Under the pieces are notes generated by a model that saw only the letters and a list, made by a program, of their open reading frames with translations, was not told the origin of the DNA and did not search any database. The position numbers were made by a program, and so were the translations under genes. Positions 1 through 6,424 of a stretch of 24,000 bases of DNA are shown in pieces. Origin of the DNA: Thermodesulfovibrionia bacterium (GTDB lineage: Bacteria; Nitrospirota; Thermodesulfovibrionia; JACRGW01). Within the stretch, counting starts at the first letter, position 1. Each line of letters begins with the position of its first letter. Location: positions 2,646 to 26,645 of the forward strand of contig CAKKSD010000010.1 in NCBI GenBank assembly GCA_919902995.1. The letters run 5' to 3'.

Positions 1-75
1 CCTGAATGGGTCAAGTTCCCTTTTTCTCTCTTCACTTATAAGTATATCAATATTCTTTGGATCAAACTTGTGCAT
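1..75 (-). CDS. 5' end (first 25 codons) of a probable class I SAM-dependent methyltransferase; the gene runs off the window start
   Basis: The minus strand reads ATG(75..73) MHKFDPKNIDILISEERKRELDPFR, with an AAGGAGGG Shine-Dalgarno at 79-86. The H-x-FDP...S-x-ER...LDP opening matches how I remember many small SAM methyltransferases starting. Only 25 codons are visible. Confidence 0.4.
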   Translation of the reverse strand, partial: MHKFDPKNIDILISEERKRELDPFR

Positions 76-90
76 TGTCCCTCCTTACCC

Positions 91-180
91 GAACAATTCC
101 CCCTGTAATTTCTGGCTTGTAATGGCCGATGGCTCGTAGGGAATGCTCGGCATCAGGGTAAAAGGTCTTTTTACTTTCAT
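91..180 (-). repeat. Junction-repeat (JR) copy A: leader part plus left-half core (CTACGAG+CCATCGGCC) plus tail, ending just upstream of the methyltransferase SD
   Basis: Aligns by eye with 3119-3239 and 2125-2190. Shared strings on the + strand are caatttctggcttgt(g/a)atggccgatggctcgtag and aaggtcttttt..ttcat. Confidence 0.65.
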
Positions 181-303
181 ATCATAGTAACTCTTTGTAT
201 TTCAAATATAATTCCCCTTCTTCCCAATTATGCTTATTATAAGTAGCATATTTGTGGAACGTTGTAAAGGGCTTTATATTTAAAGGAGTTACGCTTTCCT
301 GAT

Positions 304-353
304 TACAATTATCCCCTAAATGCCTTATCAAGTCTACGACCAATAAGGAATAC
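304..353 (-). repeat. JR copy with right-half core only (GTCTACGA at 332-339) plus tail
   Basis: + strand caattatcccctaaatgccttatcaagtctacgaccaataaggaatac aligns with 3076-3120, 2912-2950 and 4958-4990. Confidence 0.55.
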
Positions 354-404
354 AATTACGCCTACCCCTCTAATGTTTTGCTACTTATTTAAAACACTCT
401 TTTC

Positions 405-433
405 TTGACAATACTAATACAAATAGCTAAAAT
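405..433 (+). promoter_or_regulatory. Sigma70-type promoter for the protease operon
   Basis: TTGACA (405-410), a 17-nt spacer, then TAAAAT (428-433). It lies 30 nt upstream of the ATG at 463. Confidence 0.5.
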
Positions 434-462
434 TTGACCATACCGCAATTGGATGAGACTAT

Positions 463-1485
463 ATGAATAGGGAAACAAGAATACAACTTATTAAAGAAAT
501 TGGAAAAGACCGAGGTTCGCGAGTTTTATGTTATCTAACAGGTGATCGGCGAGGATTTGAAACTCGCATTGCTCCAGATGTCTTTCCATTGCTTTACGAA
601 CACCTGTCCAAGGTTGGAAAGACCAAATCAATAGATCTTTTTTTATATAGTACAGGTGGTATTACTATAGCAGGTTGGGGGTTAGTAAATCTTATCCGTG
701 AATTTTGTGATAAATTTTCAGTCATTATTCCATTTAAAGCTCATAGTACAGCTACATTAATTGCTTTGGGTGCGAATGAAATAATTATGTGTAAACCTGG
801 TCAATTGAGCCCTGTTGACCCCTCAATAACTTCTCCCTATAATCCTGTAGCTCCTGGGATACAACAGCCAGGGGGAGTAAATCTCTTGCCGGTCAGCGTT
901 GAGGATGTTATTGCTTATTTAAGTCTTGCTAAGAAAGAGGCTGAATTAAAAGATGAGCCATCTATTGCAGAAGTTTTTAAGATTCTTTCAGAGAAAGTCC
1001 ATCCTCTTGCATTAGGGAGTGTATTCCGTGCAAGAGAACAAATAAAGTTATTGACAGAAAAACTTTTAGGCTTTCATATGCCTAAGGCTCAAGAAAAGAA
1101 AATTGGTAAAATTATTTCTACTTTAACAAAAGAGTTATATTCTCATGATTATTTAATTGGCAGAAAAGAAGCAAAAAACACTATTAAATTGAAAGTCATT
1201 GATGTAAAACCAGAATTAGAAAATAAAATCTGGCATCTATATAAGGCATATGAAAATATGTTAGAATTAAATATATCATATAATCCAGATACTTTTTTGG
1301 GAAATGAAGAACAAAAAATTGGGCGTTTTAATAGAGCCGTGATAGAATCCGAATTTATAACTGATGTCTTTATTACTGAAAGAGAGATTAAAAAGGTACA
1401 AGTCTCACAGCCAGGTATGCCTATACCAATGACGGGGGTTCAAGAAAGAACGATAAGTGAAGGTTGGGTAAGAGAAAGTTTTTAA
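463..1485 (+). CDS. SDH-family ClpP/SppA-fold serine protease (Clp-fold serine proteinase, Pfam SDH_sah-like)
   Basis: 340-aa ORF. The N-terminal half (VLCYLTGDRRG...IDLFLYSTGGITIAGWGLVNLIREFC...IIPFKAHSTATLIALGANEIIMCKPGQLSPVDP) matches my memory of the SDH family Clp-fold proteinases, including the H-S nucleophile context. Confidence 0.7.
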   Translation: MNRETRIQLIKEIGKDRGSRVLCYLTGDRRGFETRIAPDVFPLLYEHLSKVGKTKSIDLFLYSTGGITIAGWGLVNLIREFCDKFSVIIPFKAHSTATLIALGANEIIMCKPGQLSPVDPSITSPYNPVAPGIQQPGGVNLLPVSVEDVIAYLSLAKKEAELKDEPSIAEVFKILSEKVHPLALGSVFRAREQIKLLTEKLLGFHMPKAQEKKIGKIISTLTKELYSHDYLIGRKEAKNTIKLKVIDVKPELENKIWHLYKAYENMLELNISYNPDTFLGNEEQKIGRFNRAVIESEFITDVFITEREIKKVQVSQPGMPIPMTGVQERTISEGWVRESF

Positions 1486-1500
1486 TAAAGGAGGCTTAAA

Positions 1501-1752
1501 ATGCATGTAAGCACTGCAGGATTAGCTACAGCCAGATTATATGAAACTACCGGTGAAAAAAGGATTGAAATTAAAGAGGCACCCGTTTTAGTTAAAATAA
1601 AACTCAAGTCCTATAATAATGTTATTGGGTTTTACTTGCTAATGTTAGCTGGTAATGTTTTTTGTTTGCCTGATAACACTTACATCATCCCTGAAGGTAA
1701 CCTTCGTATCCTTGATAGCTATCGAATAACTTACGAAATAGTTGATTCTTAG
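1501..1752 (+). CDS. Small hypothetical protein (83 aa), second gene of the protease operon
   Basis: Strong SD AAGGAGG at 1488-1494, 6 nt before the ATG and 15 nt after the protease stop. No domain recognised. Confidence 0.6.
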   Translation: MHVSTAGLATARLYETTGEKRIEIKEAPVLVKIKLKSYNNVIGFYLLMLAGNVFCLPDNTYIIPEGNLRILDSYRITYEIVDS

Positions 1753-1773
1753 GTTGTCAGAGAAAACAATTGA

Positions 1774-2085
1774 GTGAAAGTATACGATATTTATCTTCCT
1801 TTAAGATATAACGATGATAGAGAAATTGAACCATCAAAATTTGATCAAACTAGAAAAGAACTTATAGATAGATTCGGAGGACTATCAGTATTACCAAGTC
1901 AAGGTGCAACAATAGAAGGTTGGTGGAGATTTAAAGAAGAAATAGTTAGAGATGAAATACGAATTTTCCGAGTCTTCACTGGATCTGAAGATGATGATTT
2001 TTGGAAGAAGTATAAGACTATTTTAAAAGATCGATTCCAGCAAGAAGAGATTTTTATTTTATCTTATGATGTTTCTATAATATAG
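1774..2085 (+). CDS. Hypothetical protein (103 aa), third gene of the protease operon
   Basis: GTG start directly after an in-frame TGA, 21 nt after the previous stop, with a weak SD. The sequence MKVYDIYLPLRYNDDREIEP...FGGLSVLP...EGWWR...IFRV resembles a conserved small protein type I recall only as hypothetical. Confidence 0.5.
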   Translation: MKVYDIYLPLRYNDDREIEPSKFDQTRKELIDRFGGLSVLPSQGATIEGWWRFKEEIVRDEIRIFRVFTGSEDDDFWKKYKTILKDRFQQEEIFILSYDVSII

Positions 2086-2124
2086 ATAACGCAACCTTCC
2101 TGGTTTTTATGTCATTAATCGCTA

Positions 2125-2190
2125 TTCATACAAACAACTCCCCCTGCAATTTCTGTAATATCTTTTGTTGCAATTTCTGGCTTGTGATGG
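2125..2190 (-). repeat. JR copy B (tail part only), truncated 29 nt from the hepT stop
   Basis: + strand ttcatacaaacaactccccctgcaatttctgtaatatcttttgttgcaatttctggcttgtgatgg is near-identical to 3153-3220. The homology ends abruptly at 2190. Confidence 0.65.
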
Positions 2191-2219
2191 AGTTGAAAAT
2201 CTGTACCTTATCCTAATTG

Positions 2220-2561
2220 TCATGGCTCGCTATCAGTTATCGTTTTTATGTCTCTTAGTAAATCGGGGAGCTTATTTTTGATAATATCCCACATAATCTT
2301 ATGGTTTATTCCAAAATATTCATGGATAAGAACATTCCTGAAATCAGATATTTTCCTCCATTCAATAAAAGGATATTTGTCCTTTATCTCCTGTGGTATT
2401 TTGCTTGATGCCTCTCCTATTATTTCAAGATTTCTCAAAGTGGCATCTATCCTCATTCTATCCTTTTTAAGCTCCTCAAAGGTAAGATTGCCCACATAGC
2501 CCTGAATGTTTTTTGCAGATTCCAGAATATCCTCAAGATAAAGTAGATAAGTCCTACGCAT
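2220..2561 (-). CDS. hepT: HepT (DUF86/HEPN) RNase toxin of a type VII HepT-MntA pair
   Basis: 113 aa with the R-x4-H-x-Y motif (FRNVLIHEY). It overlaps the upstream nucleotidyltransferase gene by 8 nt. Confidence 0.9.
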   Translation of the reverse strand: MRRTYLLYLEDILESAKNIQGYVGNLTFEELKKDRMRIDATLRNLEIIGEASSKIPQEIKDKYPFIEWRKISDFRNVLIHEYFGINHKIMWDIIKNKLPDLLRDIKTITDSEP

Positions 2562-2838
2562 AGACTACTTCCTGTAAGATATCATCTTTTAACTGAGGTT
2601 TGAGTGCCTCAACGGTTACTAAATCCACTTTTCTCCCAAATAAGTCTTCAAGGAAATACTTGAGGTCCATATAATTGTCGAAGGTCTCATATCCATCTTC
2701 CAACTCGATAAGAACATCAATATCGCTTCCCTTTTTCCCCTCACCTCTTGCAAAGGAACCGAAAATACCTATCTTTTTTACACCATATTTTTTCTTTATG
2801 GCGCCTTCTTGTCTTTTCAGTATTTCAATTGCATTCAT
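2554..2838 (-). CDS. mntA: MntA minimal nucleotidyltransferase antitoxin
   Basis: 94 aa with the GIFGSFARGE...GSDIDVLIE (G-S-x10-D-x-D) nucleotidyltransferase signature. SD GAGGGG lies upstream. Confidence 0.9.
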   Translation of the reverse strand: MNAIEILKRQEGAIKKKYGVKKIGIFGSFARGEGKKGSDIDVLIELEDGYETFDNYMDLKYFLEDLFGRKVDLVTVEALKPQLKDDILQEVVYA

Positions 2839-2877
2839 TTTTTACCCCTCTCTTCTATCTCAAGGTCTTTGACCCTT

Positions 2878-2906
2878 ATTTTACCTGCTATCAGAAGGGA
2901 AAGCAA
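2878..2906 (-). promoter_or_regulatory. Candidate promoter for mntA-hepT
   Basis: The minus strand reads TTGCTT (2906..2901), a 17-nt spacer, then TAAAAT (2883..2878), about 40 nt upstream of the ATG at 2838. Confidence 0.35.
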
Positions 2907-2911
2907 AGATT

Positions 2912-2950
2912 TTCCTTAAACACCTTATCCGGTCTACGACTCATAGAGGA
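2912..2950 (-). repeat. JR copy with a near-complete palindromic core (2933-2947) plus tail
   Basis: + strand tctacgactcataga has 7-1-7 arms with one mismatch. The tail ccttaaacaccttatcc aligns with the other copies. Confidence 0.6.
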
Positions 2951-3011
2951 TGCACGGCTGCCCTTGAAACACTTCTGGGTCAATTGTAATCCTGTCTAAG
3001 GTTTTAAACAT
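2934..3011 (-). pseudogene. Truncated DUF433-like gene (N-terminal about 21 codons) fused to the JR core
   Basis: A GGAGGTGG SD is followed by ATG(3011) MFKTLDRITIDPEVFQGQPCI, then LYES*. The R-I-x-x-DP-x-x-x-x-G-x-P-x-I string is the DUF433 opening, but the expected (R/K)GTRI... continuation is missing. Confidence 0.5.
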
Positions 3012-3075
3012 TGTTCCACCTCCTCGTTCCTATTCTAACATCAAATAAGCTGGTTTCAAAATTAAAATATATCTA

Positions 3076-3239
3076 CAACTCTCCCTTAACCGCCTTGTCG
3101 AGTCTATGACCCATTGGGAATGCCCGGTAGCAGGGCGTAAGGTCTTTTTTATTCATTCAAACAACTCCTCCCCCTGCAATTTCTGCGAAATCTTCTGCTG
3201 CAATTTCTGGCTTGTGATGGCCGATGGCTCGTAGAGAGG
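3076..3239 (-). repeat. JR copy C: two tandem units (3076-3118 right-half core + tail; 3119-3155 leader; 3156-3239 left-half core + tail with an internal caatttctg duplication)
   Basis: Aligns with copies A and B nearly base for base across caatttctggcttgtgatggccgatggctcgtagag, and with 304-353 across ctcccttaaccgccttgtcgagtctatgac. Confidence 0.65.
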
Positions 3240-3297
3240 AGATGTGGTCTGAGATTATCTGGTCGATTAATTCTCTGAGGGCATTATTAACCAGCTT

Positions 3298-3531
3298 TCA
3301 CGCTGCGTGAGTTAAAGATCTGACTGAAATTATATCTGCTGGCTCAACAGGTCTGACTTCTTTATCAGATATTGTAACAACTGCAAGCGTTTCTCCTGAG
3401 GCCTTCACAAACTCGACCTCAAGACCGTCAGGCTCGTAAACCTCTACAACAGTCCCTAAATCCCCAGAACGCAATCCAAAATCAGGTAAATCGTGTATCA
3501 AGACTACACAATCCAGTAGTTTATATTTCAT
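3298..3531 (-). CDS. DUF4926 domain protein (77 aa)
   Basis: MKYKLLDCVVLIHDLPDFGLRSGDLGTVVEVYEPDGLEVEF... fits the DUF4926 pattern as I remember it. It starts 11 nt after the upstream gene ends. Confidence 0.7.
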   Translation of the reverse strand: MKYKLLDCVVLIHDLPDFGLRSGDLGTVVEVYEPDGLEVEFVKASGETLAVVTISDKEVRPVEPADIISVRSLTHAA

Positions 3532-3542
3532 GACTTTCTCTC

Positions 3543-4247
3543 TTAACTTTTAAAACCTTCCATTAAATAACTACCATACCACTTCATATATTCTTCAGTT
3601 TCTTGATCTAAAATTTTACCATTCACAAATTTTAACAGATGGCATAGTAATACCCAATATGGTTCCTTCGAAAGGCATACAGGTTTCTTTTCGCCATAAC
3701 AGAAAAAGGGGTCTAAGCAGTTTCTAATCACAGGCTGAATCATTTCAAACCTTATTGCAGATTCTTCAGGGCAACCGTTTATATCAGGAGGCATATAAAA
3801 TAAGCTTGGATATAAAAATCCCTGGGTTTTTATTATCATTTCCTGGCTATGTGCTGGTTTAAAAGTAAATATAGGTGCGCAAATTAAATATTCTTGAGGA
3901 TTGTCTTTAAACCAACCACTCTCTACACGACCTAATACTACAACAAGTCTACGTTTGCCCTTATAAACATAGAAAAGCTCGCCTTCGCGCAGTTTAAGTT
4001 CTTTTACTGGATAATGTTTTTCATCACCATCGCTATAAGGGCTAATAGCAAATGTAGTGTTTCTTTCATTTCGTGGGTCATATTTAATCATTTTCAGAAT
4101 TTGAGGATGTGTTTCGGGATATGCTATGTGAGAATAAAATAGTTGACCAGGGCGAAAAGCCCAATCATCATCAGGATCTTGGAGAATTTCGTAAAAAGGG
4201 TCATATATTAAATCGACAGAGCCTCTACGAGTCATCCTTTCTTTCAT
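3543..4247 (-). CDS. Uncharacterised 234-aa protein, putative toxin partner of the Panacea-domain protein
   Basis: Its start overlaps the upstream gene by 23 nt. Faint MazF/PemK-like strings are present (GELFYVYKGKRRLVVVLGR ... YLICAPIFTFK). The assignment is inference only. Confidence 0.55.
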   Translation of the reverse strand: MKERMTRRGSVDLIYDPFYEILQDPDDDWAFRPGQLFYSHIAYPETHPQILKMIKYDPRNERNTTFAISPYSDGDEKHYPVKELKLREGELFYVYKGKRRLVVVLGRVESGWFKDNPQEYLICAPIFTFKPAHSQEMIIKTQGFLYPSLFYMPPDINGCPEESAIRFEMIQPVIRNCLDPFFCYGEKKPVCLSKEPYWVLLCHLLKFVNGKILDQETEEYMKWYGSYLMEGFKS

Positions 4248-4911
4248 TCTCCAAGCTTACAGTCACCTGTCCTGCCAACCTGTTATTTGATATTTCATCA
4301 TCCCACACTTTTATACAGTCGAGGTACCCTTTATCTGTAATCTGAAATGTCGGTTCTATTTTAGAGATCTTTTTTATATGAGGAAGGTATTTATTTTTTA
4401 AGGCAGATAATTTCTTTTTGTCTATACGAACATTTTTAACTTTTTCAGGAGACTCCCAGGGTTTTATCTTTGTAAAATCTAACAACTCCCCTCTCTTCGC
4501 ATCCCTCATAGGCTCTGTTTCGAAATAGACATAGTCTAATAATTTATTTAAATCGATATCACCCCATTCTTTGACTACATGATCAATAAGTCTTTTTGCA
4601 TCTGAAGAGAGGTAGATTTCAACCTCTTCTTTTACAAGGCCGTATTGACTGCCAAGTTTACCGCCACCTAAGACGAATGGTATTTCATCTAAATCGGGAG
4701 AGCCAAGAATCGACTCGATTTCGGATGTATAAGGCCCATAATGGTAAAACTGCCATTTCAAATCTGTAAGTCGTTTCTGATGGTGTTTGTAATATTCTAT
4801 CTCAATTAAATAAAGAAGTTTAATAAGTCTCGTTTTCGCAGGAATATTAACATCCTGCTCTTTTGCAGATTTGATGATTTGTTGAATCATGCTCAGCACA
4901 ACTGATTGCAT
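4225..4911 (-). CDS. SocA/Panacea (DUF4065)-domain protein, putative antitoxin
   Basis: 228 aa. The N-terminal KTRLIKLLYLIEIEYYKHHQKRLTDLKWQFYHYGPYTSEI matches the K-L-x-K-L-L-Y...GP(V/Y) Panacea/DUF4065 pattern. Confidence 0.65.
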   Translation of the reverse strand: MQSVVLSMIQQIIKSAKEQDVNIPAKTRLIKLLYLIEIEYYKHHQKRLTDLKWQFYHYGPYTSEIESILGSPDLDEIPFVLGGGKLGSQYGLVKEEVEIYLSSDAKRLIDHVVKEWGDIDLNKLLDYVYFETEPMRDAKRGELLDFTKIKPWESPEKVKNVRIDKKKLSALKNKYLPHIKKISKIEPTFQITDKGYLDCIKVWDDEISNNRLAGQVTVSLENERKDDS

Positions 4912-4957
4912 TTAGTCTTATTTTATCAGAAATTTGGAGAAAAAACTTTTATTTTCT

Positions 4958-5008
4958 TATAATTCTCCCTTAAATGCTTTATCCAGAATACTCGGTATCA
5001 GGGCATGA
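4958..5008 (-). repeat. JR copy (tail plus part of the leader; core deleted)
   Basis: + strand tataattctcccttaaatgctttatccagaatactcggtatcagggcatgac aligns with 3076-3140 and 129-160. Confidence 0.5.
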
Positions 5009-5124
5009 CTCGATTCTTGAAATATATCTGTCCCTTTTTCAGTACAAATTACCAGAATCAAAAAGCAATTTATTAAGTCTGTGATTGTAGGATGTAAATA
5101 TGATGCACATGAAATGATGTACTA

Positions 5125-5547
5125 TTATTTAGATTTTTCTTTAGAAATATATTTATCTATTCTTTCCTCAAGCCTATTGATTCTTTCATTGATTGATTGT
5201 TTTAGTTCTCTGAGATTGGAGTTTGTATGGTTAAGACCTTCTTTTAAAGAAGTATAGTTAGAGACTATAACACCTACGAATATCAAAATTCCTATTATAC
5301 CCCCAACAATGCCTATGATATAGTGGGTTTTTGTTAGTTTTTGCCCCTCTTTAACTGGTTCTTTTGTTAATTGTAGAGGGGCTTGTTCGATGGGTGGAAT
5401 TTTATCTGTTCCATCTAATGCTTCAATAATCGGTATTTCTGTTTCTGCAGTGCTGGAAACCTGTTTCGTAGCAAGTCCCTTACGATAGTCTGACCTCACT
5501 AATTCCTTTGTCTTTCTTCTTGGCGGATTTATTCTTTTACTACCCAT
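5125..5547 (-). CDS. Single-pass membrane protein (140 aa) with a C-terminal coiled coil
   Basis: It has a basic N-terminus, one hydrophobic span (YIIGIVGGIIGILIFVGVIVSNY), then the heptad-like LRELKQSINERINRLEERIDKYI. It overlaps the upstream gene by 8 nt. Confidence 0.6.
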   Translation of the reverse strand: MGSKRINPPRRKTKELVRSDYRKGLATKQVSSTAETEIPIIEALDGTDKIPPIEQAPLQLTKEPVKEGQKLTKTHYIIGIVGGIIGILIFVGVIVSNYTSLKEGLNHTNSNLRELKQSINERINRLEERIDKYISKEKSK

Positions 5548-6283
5548 GAATTTTCTTTACCTCTTCCAGATTAGAAAGATTTGATTTTTTAAGATGCGTA
5601 TCCCAATATTCAATAGTTTCGTTAAAATGGTTTTCGATTAAAACGTTTTTTAAAGTTCTCTGAGGTTCATAATATATTTGGTAGTCAACAATTAATCTAA
5701 TCCTGTCAGGTGGTTTTGTTTCTCCTTCTTCAGTTTTATCCGAGTTAATTTGAATAATCACATTTTTATAGTCTTGTTTTTCTTCTGGATTGACTATTGC
5801 CTCAATAGCAGGGTTTTTAAGAGCAAGTCTCAGAACTAAATTATCCGGGATACCTTTTAGATCAAGGTTTAATAGATTTGTAAAAATAGTCTTGGCTGCG
5901 TTCTCATAACCTTGAAAAAGAAATTGGTTAATTATACCTATTCTATTAATACTTTCAGAACCGCCTGTCAATGGAAGTATTATGTTAACTATCTGTAAAA
6001 ACATTTTTGTAATATCTTCAATGGTTAATTTGGGTTCTGCGTCCATATCACAGGTTAAAATTACTCCGTCTATATTACAATTAACAGAAATAGTGTTTTC
6101 TTTATCGTAAAGAATTATTGACATATTATCAGGCCTTCCAATACGCTCGAAACAATTACCAGGAAATGGGCCATAGCCCTGTAATGGGGCAAGTTTATCA
6201 ACAATTTCTCCAAGAAAATCAGAAACTCTAAATAATCTTTTATGCCGTATTCCAACTATTAGTTTTTCAGAATGCCATTCCAT
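5540..6283 (-). CDS. Uncharacterised 247-aa soluble protein
   Basis: AAGGAG SD before the ATG at 6283. There is only a faint resemblance (INRIGIINQF) to the TIGR04255-type R-I-G-L-R-Y motif, so the protein is not confidently assigned. Confidence 0.6.
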   Translation of the reverse strand: MEWHSEKLIVGIRHKRLFRVSDFLGEIVDKLAPLQGYGPFPGNCFERIGRPDNMSIILYDKENTISVNCNIDGVILTCDMDAEPKLTIEDITKMFLQIVNIILPLTGGSESINRIGIINQFLFQGYENAAKTIFTNLLNLDLKGIPDNLVLRLALKNPAIEAIVNPEEKQDYKNVIIQINSDKTEEGETKPPDRIRLIVDYQIYYEPQRTLKNVLIENHFNETIEYWDTHLKKSNLSNLEEVKKIHG

Positions 6284-6309
6284 TTTATGCTCCTTTTCAA
6301 AGATGTTTT

Positions 6310-6318
6310 ATTATAACA
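6310..6318 (-). promoter_or_regulatory. Extended -10 promoter element for the 247-aa/140-aa pair
   Basis: The minus strand reads TGTTATAAT (TGnTATAAT), about 27 nt upstream of the ATG at 6283. Confidence 0.35.
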
Positions 6319-6424
6319 GATTTATTTTCTCACACTTTAACAGCCATATTTTTAAAAATCAATAGAAATGTAAAATTTATTTCTGCTCTTGCTCTTTATC
6401 TGAAATTATCTATTCTATTATTGT

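Noticed and set aside
80-180. Small peptide genes inside the junction repeats (for example MKVKRPFTLMPSIPYEPSAITSQKLQGELFG at 80-175 and MNKKDLTPCYRAFPMGHRLDKAVKGEL at 3072-3155)
   Set aside because: Copies differ by indels that are not multiples of three, so the reading frame is not conserved between copies. The conservation is at the nucleotide level.
2248-2999. Plus-strand ORFs 2248-2499, 2675-2872 and 2748-2999
   Set aside because: They are antisense to the well-supported hepT and mntA genes or run through the junction repeat. Their translations are low-complexity and they have no ribosome-binding sites.
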